From Eutreptiella sp. 'Long Island Sound 2002' (Eukaryota; Protista; Euglenida): 64,000 nucleotides of DNA. A program made the position numbers and the translations under genes. Where the stretch lies: positions 157,852,001-157,916,000 of the forward strand of contig OZ038378.1 of assembly GCA_964036045.1 (NCBI GenBank), given 5' to 3'. The notes beneath the pieces were generated by a model. The model did no database searches. It had not been told where the DNA came from and worked only from the letters and a program-made list of their open reading frames with translations. Positions 12,238 through 25,200 of this stretch are shown one piece after another (positions within the stretch are counted from its first letter, which is position 1; each line of letters opens with the position of its first letter).

Positions 12238-13653
12238 AGGATCTGAATTCATCACCGCCCAAGTCTGCGCCACTGCAAAGCGCCGAACAAACAGAAAAGG
12301 TGTGTGACATGGATGACGTTGCGGGATTGCGCGTGCGCTCACGCACGCCAGGACATCGCAAGACGCTGCAACAGAGGGGGTTTGTTGGTACGCCAGCGCT
12401 CCGCTCAGTCTTTTCATTTCCGCATTCTTTTGCTCCGCTATTGCCCAAGTCTCGTGCACCGGGTCGGTTCAGTTCAAAGGTCGGCTGCCCGACGTGTACC
12501 GCAGCCGATGTTACGTACGACATCGCCGCCCGGACTTCTCGCTCATACCCCCTTCCTCCCGCGGGGGTGCCCCTTCGCCTTCCCCTCCGTCCCTCAGGCC
12601 TGTGCCTCTGTCGGCATACAAAGTGACCCTCCAGACGCAGGGGCCACGGAGGACGAGGGTGTGGATGGCGGTGGGGCCGAGACCGAAGAGGAGGCGCCGG
12701 ACGCGTTGCATTGGAACGACGAGCGGCAGGTGCCCAGCGTTGGTGGGGGGCTGTGCCGCCGCGTAGCGAATCCCGGGGGCTGCCACCGATTTTTGGGTCT
12801 GGGTCACCTCCGAGGCCCGGGGGTCAGTCTCGGTAGGATTTTGGGGGACCCGTCAATTGAGCCCCTTTTTGGGGGGGGGGGGGTCTAGCCAGGGGGCTCT
12901 ATCGACCCTCCCCCCTCAAATGAAAGCCCGCCTGCCCCAGTCGTGCATGACGACCTGCACGCCCTCCCCCCGCGCCACGTCGCGTGCCTTTCAGTGCTGG
13001 GAGGCAAGGGACTACGACACAATCTTCAAGTTGATGCGGATGCCCGGCCTGACGTCGGACATGACCACACACCTGAGGGCGCAGCTGCCGGTGGACCGCA
13101 GACCAGAGTTCGACGGTCTGCTCCCCCGAGGCTGTGCTCGTGCTGTCGTTTTGTGTGGCCGTCTGGCGCCGCCTGAGGGGGCACCCACCCGCTGTGTTGC
13201 TGTCACGCGATTTTGAAGGCAATCGCGAGACCGCGGGGCCATGCCCGAATACAAACGTATGCCAGTCACGCAATTTTAGGCGCACTCCACTGCGCCGCAG
13301 CGCAGTTTACTGCGCCGCACTCCACTGCGCTGCACTCCACTGCGCTGCACTCCGCTGCGCCGCACTCCGCTGCGCCGTAACCATGCAACCGAGAGTGCAA
13401 TGCGGGTGCGAGATCGAGGCCTGCGCCACGCCGCCACAACGAGGGGGCCGTTCATTGATCTTGAGAGTTGGTTTGTGCTGTGGCAAGTGCGATTCACATC
13501 CGCACGGGAGATTCACGAAGCGTTGGATGAGCCAAATACAGCGGGGCAGCATGCGCTTGCACGGCCGGCCAAGGAGGTAAATGCCAATACCTCTTCGTTG
13601 GCAGTCCCGACGAGGAGCAGATTGCCCCTGAGGCGCGGGGGGAGTATTCGTAG
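12238..13653 (+). CDS. multi-exon hypothetical protein (partial model)
   Basis: Best exons 12635-12729 (AGATEDEG...LHWNDERQ) and 12995-13115 (CWEARDYDTIFKLMRMPGL...RPEFD) join in phase at GT-AG. Flanking exon phases are ambiguous. Confidence 0.6.
12790..12940 (+). repeat. dispersed intronic repeat (copy at ~21450-21595)
   Basis: Shared GGGTCTGG.TCACCTCCG.GGCCCGGGGGTCAG.CTCGGTAGGATTTTGGGGG...GAAAGCCCGCC. Confidence 0.85.
13288..13376. repeat. 15-bp minisatellite (CACTGCGCTGCACTC-like)
   Basis: About 5-6 degenerate tandem units. Confidence 0.85.
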
Positions 13654-14775
13654 ACCCGTGAATTTTCAACAGACACCCTTCTCCCCTGGTGACAGCAGGA
13701 ACTGGAACTGGAGGGCCTGCAATGTTTTACCGAGACACAATGCATCGGTTTTTCTGCGAGAGCAAATTGCGCAACAAACACCCATCGAGACCCCTACACG
13801 AGTCGAGTCGTAGGAGATCACTCTACCCTTCCCTTTCAGTGGTGGTCCGCTTCTTCTCAATGGTGGGACGATTACGGCATCTTCCCGTCCCGCCCTGACA
13901 TGCCCCCCTTGCGCACAGCTCTTCTCCCCCCCCCCCCGTCTATACCATGCTGATATTTTTAGTACCCCTCTGTATCTCTCTGTCTCCTGCTGTCTTTTAA
14001 CATTTGCACCATTTTGCTGAATGCACAGGTCAGCTGTTGTGACGACCAGGGACGCCTGGTCTGATACCTGTACTGACTGTTCTGCTGAGGTTCAACCAGG
14101 CATGGCATAGAGAATAAAGATGCACTTATGCCATGCTGAGGAGTGCATTACCTCTGTCTGTTTGCTGCTCTGTTTCTGATTCTCTCTCTTTTTAGTTCAA
14201 CAATCTCTCTCATAATTTAGGTCATACCCTCCCGTCTATACCACCTCTAACCCTTCCATTCCTCCCGACGGCCCTACCCGCGTACCAGTCCTCCCCAGCC
14301 AGTCCCCAGCCTTCCCCCTCCCATTTTGTGGCGTGGTGCTGTGCTGCTCTTTCTTGTGACGTGGGGCGGTGTGGAGTGGTGTGGTATCATGTGGCGTTGA
14401 CGCCCGGGTGCAGTGGGGTCGGGTTGTTGCCGCAGGCGTATGTTGCCTCCTGCCCCTCTTCCCTCACCATCGCCTCTGCTTTTGTGCCCACCAAACGCCC
14501 AAACGTGCACCAAACAGGCCTCCCTGGCCTCCCCCGCTCCCGCGCACCAACAGCACGCCACCCGCCCACCCATTTCACCCCCAACATACGCACCTCAAAA
14601 TGATCAGTGCGACGTGGGATCATTTTGAGGTCTACATGTGGGGTCTGCCCCCCACCCCCTTCCTGCAGATGCACACCCCAGCGCGCACAAGTCAGTGCTG
14701 GAGTCGGCAAACCCATGGACTCGGAGTGTGCATCTGGATGCCCCTGGTCAACGGCACGGGCAACAGCCCGTCCCT

Positions 14776-14940
14776 GGGACGGCCGACCCCCGGAGTAGTC
14801 AAACAGGACAAGTCATCCGGGGGCTCCGTTGACACAACCAAAACACGTTCGGGCCCACGGAGGGTCAGAATGTGGCGAGAGGCCAATAGGCGCCGCCAAA
14901 GGCAAACAATCAAATACCGAGGCCTTGTGCCAAACCCCCT
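14776..14940 (+). repeat. dispersed repeat family (copy at ~30110-30275; partial at ~17563-17625)
   Basis: Shared CCGACCCCCGGAGTAGTCAAACAGGACAAG...GCCTTGTGCCAAACCCCC. Confidence 0.85.
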
Positions 14941-16264
14941 CTCCTCCAGGGCCCTTGGGCTCCCAGGCAGTGCGGTCGAGTCAGGTATAGACCTACCGAG
15001 GGCGACTTCTCGGGGGAACTTGGACAAGGTGCCGCTTGGACAAGGGGTGGGGGGGATATACCCCTCACAGACACTGGGCCCACCCGCCGCGGCGCTGGCC
15101 GCGGGCCTTCTCCGTTGGTGTGCCCTGTCCCCAATCCGCAGGCCTCTTCCGATTCCTTCAACGGCGATTGCTCTACTTGAGCGGGGACACGCATCGGTCG
15201 CTGCATCGGCATTTGACCGCCAGCCTGAGCCCCAAGAGCGTGAAGTCGATGATGCCGCAGCTGCTGCAGGGTATGGCCGCGTGGCAGGGGGCGGTCGTGT
15301 GGTGCACGTGGTGCTCGTCGGAAGTCTGAAGGAGGGCAGGGCGGCGTCGGCCGTTATGCGAAATGGCAACGGCGTTGTGGACAGTCCTGCGGTCATGACC
15401 GTGCGCACGGACGAGGCCTCCGCACGCGTAACTGGGCGACCCGGGAATTGCTTTGCAGGGGGGGGTGGCATGGGCGCCCGGTGAAGGAGGGGGGGGCGGG
15501 CTCCAGAAATGGGCTTCCGTGCCGGGCCCTTTGTTTTGTGTGAGGACGGATGTAGGCGCCGGAACACAAATTTTGGCCCGGAAGAGTCCTTTTCACGAAA
15601 AAAATTTCCCCCCACAAATGTGTAGTCAAACTGATCAGCGCGACGTGGGGATCATTTTGAGCCACAGATGTTGGGGGTCGACCCCCCGCCCCCCCCCCCC
15701 CCCCCCCGGCGCGGCAGGTAGGGCAGCCCCGCCCTGAACCCCCCCTCCCGGCACGGCGACCAAGGGGGGGGGGGGGGGGGCAAATGGGTTTCCCTACCAT
15801 CCCCCCCCCCCCCCCCGCAAAGCAATGTTCTTCCCGCCCTGTGCGGGGGACTGGGTCAGGAGCCTGCGCAACCGCGCAGCCTCGACCTGCCCTAGTGTGC
15901 GCATCTGCGCGCACTTTGTTTTATGGCCGGAAAGCCCCTTCGGTGCCGGGCGCGTCCGATGCCGGTGTTCATTTACAAATCTTCCCCTTTTCCAGGGGCC
16001 CAAGGACTCCCCCGTGCACATGTTGGACCACCCCATGTGGGCCGGGCATAAGTGTGTGCGGTTGCCACGGCCCAGCGTGCGCGACCGTGCGTCGCCAGAG
16101 CGAGTCCACGTGCACCGCCGGACGCGCACGGCCACAGCCACGGGACTCTTTGTGAACGTTTTCAGTCGGTGAACATAGGGGCCAGGGCCTGCGTCGTGTT
16201 GCGCGTTCCGGTGCACTGCGGAACAGGTCCGCGGCGGCGCTGCGCGGTCCCCTCTGTCTTGCAG

Positions 16265-19200
16265 ACACGCAGTCCCTTTTGAGCAGCGTGTTTGAGGAGG
16301 TGCGGTACGAGGCCTGGGATTTCGTGCAGCGGGTGGCTCTGAAGGTATGACCCCCTCCCGGGGGCCGGCGTTGGCCCCCCCTACGCCGTGCTGCCACTCC
16401 CACGTCCCGAGTCACGCATGCGGGACGCCGGCGCTGTACGGCGTGGGCCCCAGGAATCGCACGGGAGTGCTGTTGTGGTTGTGTGCGGGTGTGTGTGCGG
16501 TGGTTGTTTTGAAAATCAAACCTTTGCTACGGAAATCCGCATACACGCGCCCTCAGATCTCAACACAAAGAAGTACAGCCTCCAATGATGATCTCCGCAG
16601 TCGCCGTGCTGAGTGCCAATTAAAACGTATTATGCATTTTGGGCACAGAAATGCCCCTCATCCGCTGAAACGAGACCATATGTGCACAAGCAAAGCGGTA
16701 CTTTGGCAGAAAATCAAATGTGGCAACAGGTCTCGGCAGTCACATAGATAAATCGGCGAAAATTAAATAAGAAGAGCACCACAAAGAACACAACGGAAAG
16801 CAGCTCTGAAGCTGCCACCTGCCCATCCTTTGCTGCAGGCCTCTGGCTGCGCCCGGAACGCCAGAGGCTGTGTCGGTGTACTGACCATCGCCTGGGGTCT
16901 GGGCATCCTCCGCCCCCTGTACCACAGAAAGGCGCCTGTTGGCGTTGGACGTGCTCTGTTTGTCTTGTCTGATGACCAAGTGACGAGGATTTTTCACTCA
17001 GCCAACAACGCTTTGTGCTGTGCATCGCAAATCGTGTGCGTGTGCGTCGACGAGTGCGGTCGGCAGGGGATCCGAGGGGTTGGTCCCGACAGACCCACGG
17101 GCTCCGTGCCGTTAACACGCCAACCGCTGGAGCTCGGTCCATCAAATGGGAGTGCCACGCAGCAAAGGCCGGGATGGCAGTCAAGGGGGCACAGCACCGC
17201 AGCGTCGGGTCCGTTGGACGTGGCGAAATGCAACGAAGTGGACCTCCCCATTACAACGGCATCTTCCCCCGCCCCCAAAAGCTGCTGCTGCTCCGCACGA
17301 GGGCCCTCCCCCTACCCCCGCTGCACACTGACCTGCCTATCACAATGACACCACCCCCCCCCCCCCCCCTCACGTTGCGGGTTGTGGTGAGCACCTCCCA
17401 GTCTGGGGTCTTCGTGATGACCGCATCCCGGGCACTGATCAGGCCGTCAGGGGAGGACGCCATGGGCAGAAGTTGCATTCTGGATTCCCCCCCACCCCCA
17501 GGCAGTGCGGATGCCCGCGGCAGTGCGGATGTCTGCTTGTCATAGCAGAAGGTTCAAGGGCAAGAGGCCAATAGGCGCCGCCACAGGCTAACAGAGCCAA
17601 CCACCAATGCCTTGTGCCAAACCCCCACCTCCCTCCGCCATGTAGCCGACCCCTGCGTCTCAACACCGCCACTCATGGCGGACCTGTCCATAGCATCGGT
17701 GCTTCCTCTCCCGAGTAGTCGACCGGCCCATCGCCATGGCACATTCCCCCTCCCCTCGACAGTGTACCGGCCCATCGCTACAGTATCCCGCCATCCCTCT
17801 ACGGGGCATACCATAAAATCAACCCCCCACACACACGACACTTCAGGAGCGATGCCCCTCCCGTTCGCTGTTGGCAATCCCCCGGCCCAGCCCTCACCAC
17901 AGCCAACTGGACAAACAAGTGCAGGGCCTCGCACCCACCCCCCCTGACTCTTGTCCAAACGCCCACCAGCGCCTGTCCAATACACACCCGCCACCAACGG
18001 ATACACAAAGACCCTGAATTTGGTACTGCGGTTGGGGGTGGGGCTGTTGGACGGATGCGCACGTCCGCCGAAGCGGCGACGGTGTCTGAACTGCAGCGGA
18101 CACACCTTCTGCGAGACGGTGGAGTGCAGTGCTCATGTCCGCACTGACGCTGGATCCGGTTCGTGGGCCATGGCCTGGTTTCGCCCGTTGTGCAGGTGCC
18201 GATGACGATTATTCTGCGGATCATGGGACTGCCCCTCGATGACGCAGGTCGCGTGCTCAGTGCCGTGCCTCGAGCCCCGTGATCACGTGTGATTTGGCAG
18301 GCGCCAGGAGCGCGTCTGGTCACTACAGTTGCGACCCCATCCGGTCCCCAGATCGAGGTCTTGGCTGTGACCCTATCGCGCTCCTGCCGTGTGTTTTGCG
18401 CAGAGAAGATCCAGCGATGGGCGCACGACGTTGAGTCGTTGTTCGGAGGATCCGCGCCGATTCTGGACCGGTATGTGCGCATTTGTTAGCGGCTGTGCGC
18501 ACATCTGAGGGGCGACTTCACCTGAAGACCAGTGGAGGCGGGGGTTGGGTTGTGTTAAGGCGTCTCCGGGTCGCCTCCGACCCACGGTCTGCGCCGCCTT
18601 CCATGCGGGACTCGACCGGGCGTGGCGTACCCGGGCGTCCGGTCGCAAGGCCTGCCGCACTGCTGACAGCCCTCAGACCCCGCGGTGGCGCTTGCGGGCG
18701 GGAGACGCTGCCGTGCCCGTGGGTGTGCATGCGCGCGATGGGGGGCTGGGGCACGCCGGGTCTCGTGGGCGCGCCGCACGTGGCCCGGTCTCTTCGACTT
18801 GTTTCTGCGCTTGGCCGGCCGTTGCCCCGCGGCAGTTGGCATGCGTCTGTAGCGGCCGCTGGGCCGCAGTCGGGGACAGGCTCGATGGTCTTGAGCTCTG
18901 CTGGTCTATGGTCACCGCCGATGGAATCCCGCACTGGGGCGTCACCGCACAGGACGGTCGGCAAAGGAGACGTCGAGGTGGGCCTACTGGTGCGGGCGTC
19001 ACTGTGTACTGACCCGGGCTCGCCACCACCGAGCCCTGGCCGCACTGTGTGGCGGTGTTGTGTGTAGGGTGGGTGGCGCGCGTTGGTGCGTGTGGAGTGG
19101 GGGGAAGTGTGTGCCTGGTGCTCCGGGCCCTGGCCGGGAGGCTAGGGTGCCTGACGCTGAGCCCGCCAGGGGAGATGCGGGCCCGATCCAGGCCTGCCCC

Positions 19201-22200
19201 CATAGTCTGAAGGCTAGGGCCACAGGGGCTTGTCAAGGATGGTCTTGTGGGATGAAATCAGGGGCAATGCCCCGGGTTGAAATGCCCGGGTTGAAAGGTG
19301 GTGACGGGGCTGAGATGAACTACAACTTTCATGGTCAACATACCCGATCCCGATAATGCCCGTGTCCCTTGTGTGTATGGCTGTAACCCATCCCAAACAG
19401 TGCACCGACAACATCAAACCAACAACGCTCCTTCTCTTCCTGTGCACGTTGATTCACCCACATCACCCACCCTGACACTTGCACCTCCACCGGGGACCTC
19501 TCTCCCCAGGCCCCACCACCCCCGAGAGTCAGATGGGTAGCAAGCGACCTCGGCCACTGGGGGTCGTAGCAGCGGGAACCCTCACGGGGGAACTGCTGTC
19601 GGAATGGGGCAGCAGTCTTAAACAAGTGCTACCTTTACCATTTTCCAATACCACTTTGGCATCGGCTGCTGTGAGCCACCCAAATGGCTCAGCCAGGGGG
19701 TGCCATAAGGACGCTCACCCTTTTTTTTTACTATGGCATCCACTCTCTGATGTTTGGTGGCTACCCACCAACCGCGATCGGTTACCCACCAACCGCCATC
19801 GTAGGGCGTATTGGACACTCCGAGTTTTTTTTTTTCATTACGGCACCCCCTGGGCTCAGCCCCTGTTTCACAAGGGTCTACCGCAGGCGGTGTGCACCAC
19901 CGACTCCATCGGGGGTTTCTGGGTTGGTCCCGAGAGTGGCTGGCGGGTGAAGTTGGGTGTTCCCTGCGCCAAAAAGCGGGTCAAGAAGTTCTAGTCCGGG
20001 TGGGTCTGAGGGCCAACAGACCCCGCCCTCTCTTATGACCACCGCCTCGGGGGCCGGACGGAATGGGTTTGGTCTTGCATGGCAGACAACTCGGGAGGAG
20101 GCCTGCAAATGGAAGGGAAAGCCCAGAGCACAGCATTCCGGACCCGCTAGAATTCCAGAGGCCCCAACAAGTCAGCAGAACGAAACCTCCAAATTACAAA
20201 AACCCCTCAAATCGGTTCAATTCCAGGACCCATTGTTTTTTGCACTTGTTTTTTTTTTTTTTGGTAACCCCGCCAGTCCATAAAATGGCCCCGGTGGGGA
20301 GCGGAAACATGGCAATGCCACGGTCCATAACGGTAGTACGTGCTGGTCTGTCCGGCACATACCCCACCCAAACGCCCGCGTGCGTTCTGCAGCTGTCGAG
20401 TGGCAAAGGCTGCGGTGGACGCCTTTGAAGACTACCTGCTTCAGGCCCTTTTGCACGCGGAGAAGGAGTGCCTGCTGCACAGTCTGTACTCGAAGTGCGT
20501 CGCAAATCAGGTCGGCATCGCTATGAGGCCCACAGCTCGTGTCCCCCCCCCCCCCGTGCCCCGGGGGTTTGATGAGGCCTTTTGGGGAAGCAGTTGTTGC
20601 AGGACGCGGGTGCAGTCGTCCCAGCGTGCGTCTCCATGCGCGTTGAAAGGCGCCGTGCTCGCAGCTCAACTGGCCTGGGTTTGAGCATGTTCTCTTTGTG
20701 CTCCGGGGGGACCTGAACCCGGGGTTTCCATGCTTGTCTACGATGGGTCTCCGCTGTGGTGTTGGTCAAAAATTGCAGTTTTTCAAACGCTGCACTTTGC
20801 CATGCACGAATTCATCAAATCATCAACGGGGGCAGAGGGAGCAAAGTCGGGAGGGAATTGTAGGCATTGCAGTGTGAGAAACACAAACAATGGGGGGCTG
20901 ACAATCTGATCCACCGATGGCAGGTCAGCATCTGCGTTGGAGACACACCCGATACAACGAATGTTGTGCAACACCATTTGGCACATTGCGCTGCACTGTA
21001 ATGCTGCATAGGGCTCCACATACCCACTACCAATGCTGCCACCACTGCTGCTGCTGCCGACACTACCGCTGGCTGGCTGCCAGGCGTCGCCACATACTGC
21101 ACAGTGGCGCATAGACCGCGCTTCCAGCCAAATTGTCAAAATGTGCTGCCGTTCTGCAGATGGAAAGCCAGTATCTTGCCCCTAACGTTTTCATGTTGCT
21201 ATCCAATGGACACAAAAGCACGGCTGCACTGATTTCGGGCACAGTGTTGGCGCTGTTGGAACATCCGCAGGTATCGCCAACTGTACCTGCCCCGCTTGCG
21301 AGTCAGGGTCAGGGCTTATGCTCAAGGTGATTTTTTGACCATTGAAAACGGCCAATTTTTTCCTCCACCAACTACATGGCAAATGATGATTTTTCTGAAC
21401 CCCCTGGACGCGCTGATTCCAAAAATCCCATTTTCATTTTTGGCCGAATTTCGGGTCTGGATCACCTCCGGGGCCCGGGGGTCAGCCTCGGTAGGATTTT
21501 GGGGGGGCCTGTCAATTGAGCTTTTTTTGGGGGGGGTGCCTAGCCAGAATGCTCTGTCGACCCCCCCCCCCGGTTGAAAGCCCGCCCACCCCAGGACCCC
21601 CCCCCACCTGCCTCCCCCCCTAAAGGAGAACTCTGCCTGACCCCTCTCTTGCTCCCTCCCAAGGGCTGTGTTGGGCTCTGTGTTGTATCATCGCATGTGG
21701 GTGGTGAGGATCATGAGCAGCTGTCACAGGAAAAGGGGGCCACCCTCGTTAGCGCACATTTGATCTTTTGACTCATCACCGCACGTCAACAAGCCCTCCG
21801 CTGCATGTGGTGCTCGCACGACTGCCACACAGCGCCTGAAGTGCACCATTCGCATGCCCATTCGCATGCCAAGTGAGGCCCGGCAGAACGACTCCGCCCG
21901 GTACACTGCTGCACATCCTGCTTCTGAATTTGCGGTGAAGTCGCTGGTCGAACGCCGCGAAATTTCGCCGGGGGTGGGAAGGGGATGTCAGCCTGTGTGC
22001 GTTTGCTTCTGGTCAGGTGACCTCGATGGTGCAGCCAGTACACTGTTCGCGTTTCGCTGCAGACTTTTGGCGAAAGGCGTGTAGGACCGGACATTCCGGT
22101 TCGTGATCAGCCTTGATCTCTTTTTGGCTGTGCATGTTGTTGCTTGCGTCTTCTCCCTGAGCGCAATCACCACTTGACACACTCACGTGTCGCCGCACCG

Positions 22201-25200
22201 GGGGCAATTCCGCCACTTTTCTTTGCGGCGAACACTCCCCTCCCGAACCTTTGCCCTCCCGCGTACATCAAGAAACAGCGGTCTGGCGCGGGGCGGGGGC
22301 CAGACCGGGTTTGTGTGAGGGCCCTTGCCCCAGCTGTCCTGACCTGCCCTGCACTCACCATCCCCCTGTCTCCGTGTCTGGCAGTGTTTTGCGTCTTTCG
22401 TAGGCGCCTGTTGACTGGGCGCTTCCCGCCCACCCTCCCGGTGAGATAGGAGTATGATCGGAGTATCGGAGTATGACCTCCCCTGTGCATCAAGAAATAT
22501 TTGGTCCTGCCCCAACTGACCCTATGCGCCCTTTGGATACCCCTTGGGGACCTGAATGGACCAAGAGAAGGCGCAGCATGACCGCGACCCCGGAAACGGG
22601 GGATTGTAACGGCCGCTGTGGCTGTTGGTCAGGGGCATGTCGGAGCGGCCCGGGGGAGCCCCGCATGACTCTCCATCGCAGTAGCGCTGGGGCTGCGGGG
22701 CTGCCCTGGGCCCTCAGGGGGCCCCTCTCCTGGAAGGGGCCCCGTGGACGCCCGCCCAAGACGGGGCCCCAGTCCGTTGTGGTGTTGCGGGGCCCTGTCG
22801 TCCCCTGCCCTGCGCACTGAAGGTGACCACCTGCATTGATTTTGACCCACTTCGAGGTCCACCTCGAAGCACCTTGAAGCACCTCGAACCACTTCGAGGT
22901 GGCTTTGAGGTGCTTCGAGGTGCTTCGAGGTGGCTTTGAGGTGCTTCGAGGTCGCTTCAAGGTGGCTTTGAGGTGGCTTCGAGGTGGCTTCGAGATGCTT
23001 CGAGGTGGCTTTGAGGTTGCTTCAAGGTGCTTCAGGGTGCTTCGAGGTGGCTTTGAGGTCGCTTCAAGGTGGCTTTAAGGTGGCTTCGAGGTGCTTTGAG
23101 GTGGCTTTGAAGTCGCTTCAAGGTGGCTTTGAGGTGGCTTCGAGGTGGCTTCAAGGTGGCTTTGAGGTGGCTTTGAGGTGGCTTTGAGGTGGCTTTGAGG
23201 TGGCTTTGAGGTGCTTCGAGGTGCTTCGAGGTGGCTTTGAGGTGCTTCGAGGTCGCTTCAAGGTGGCTTTGAGGTGGCTTCGAGGTGGCTTCGAGGTGGC
23301 TTTGAGGTGCTTCGAGGTGGCTTTGAGGTCGCTTCAAGGTGGCTTTGAGGTTGCTTCGAGGTGGCTTCGAGGTGCTTCGAGGTGGCTTTGAGGTGGCTTC
23401 GAGGTGCTTCGAGGTGCTTCGAGGTGCTTCGAGGTGGCTTTGAGGTCGCTTCAAGGTGGCTTTGAGGTGGCTTCGAGGTGGCTTCGAGATGCTTCGAGGT
23501 GGCTTTGACGTTGCTTCAAGGTGCTTTGAGGTCACTTCAAGGTGGCTTTAAGGTGGCTTTGAGGTGCTTTGAGGTGGCTTTGAGGTCGCTTCAAGGTGGC
23601 TTTGAGGTGGCTTCGAGGTGGCTTTGAGGTGGCTTCAAGGTGGCTTTGAGGTGCTGTGAGGTGGCTTCGAGGTGGCTTCGAGGTGGCTTCGAGGTGCTTC
23701 GAGGTGCTTCGAGGTGCTTCGAGGTGCTTCAAGGTGGCTTTGAGGTCGCTTCAAGGTGGCTTTGAGGTGGCTTCGAGGTGGCTTCGAGATGCTTCGAGGT
23801 GGCTTTGAGGTTGCTTCAAGGTGCTTCAGGGTGCTTCGAGGTGGCTTTGAGGTCGCTTCAAGGTGGCTTTAAGGTGGCTTCGAGGTGCTTTGAGGTGGCT
23901 TTGAGGTCGCTTCAAGGTGGCTTCGAGGTGGCTTCAAGGTGGCTTTGAGGTAGCTTCGAGGTGGCTTTGAGGTGGCTTCAAGGTGGCTTTGAGGTGCTTC
24001 GAGGTGGCTTCGAGGTGGCTTCGAGGTGGCTTCGAGGTGCTTCGAGGTGGCTTTGAGGTCGCTTCAAGGTGACTTTGAGGTGGCTTTGAGGTGGCTTTGA
24101 GGTGGCTTCGAGGTGGCTTCGAGGTGCTTCGAGCACCTCGAAAGGTGGTGGCTTCGAGGTGGCTTTGAGGAGCAACACTACAGGTGGTCATTTCAGGTAC
24201 GAAGGGCATGTACTGCAGGTCTCAATTTGCCTTGTGCCCGTCACTCTGCAGGAGTTCCAAAAACTGATGGTCGAGCCCAATGCAGCCCAACGGACCGCTG
24301 CAGTGGATGAGCTGGTGAGGTCTGTCCAAAGTGCGGGGCTCCAGTGTGTGCGCGTGCCACGAGCCTACGGTCTCCCCATCGCTTGTGCGGGCTCCTGCGG
24401 TGGTCCAGGGGCTTTCCGTGTTTTGGGGGAGTGGTGGGGCTGTCAGCTCTCGACAGGGCCCGAGTCTGCGATGCGTGGGAGGCTTCAGTGCATCGTTGTC
24501 TGTGCAGAGGGTGCGTCATGCGACGTGATAGTGAACGATCGAGTGTCCACGATTGTGGACCCCGGTTCATATGGGGGGGGGGGGGGATTTTCGTGGCACT
24601 TTAATTTCGCGTGGGAAAGTTTGCGTTTCAAATTGACCACGAAATTTCCCACGCGAAATTCCGGGTTCTCCCCGAATTTCTCGCACACCAGCGGTACACA
24701 CTGTGGACTCTGGCGGGTGATACACTTAACCGGGGGGCCCGCGAAGTTTCCCACAGCGAAATTTAACACCGCGCAACACTTGGCGCGAAATTTTCCCCCC
24801 TCCCGTAATGTGAGCGCAGGCGGCGCGTGTTGTGGGGTTGTTGGCACCGCGAGCGGGTTCTTGGCATCGCTCCCTTTCCGATCGCAGGTTTGTGACTCCC
24901 GTGAATCGGCTGCAGCGATATCTCCCGGAAAATGCAGAGGTGTTGCATTGTGCCCTTTGGTAGGAGCTCAGGTTCTGCAGTTTGGGAGGCATGTTCCTGT
25001 CTGAGTTCCTGCAAGAGCACGTTCCCTATTTGGAACTCAGCGCAGGAGTCTCTCACGGTCATTCTTTCCAGCGCCTGAGGAATGCCCCTCTGCAGGGAGC
25101 GTGCGACCGCGGCACTGCCGAAGGCGCGGACGTGCAACGGCTTTTCTAACGTGCCGCGAGATATTTTTTTGCCGCGCATCGCACTGGACCGCCACCGTTG

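Noticed and set aside
22984-24310. ORFs of 60-170 aa across the GAGGTGGCTT array
   Set aside because: Translations of a satellite that lacks stops.
25058-25071. 14-15 nt GT...AG intervals (also about 12141 and 16152) as introns
   Set aside because: Too short to accept without transcript evidence.
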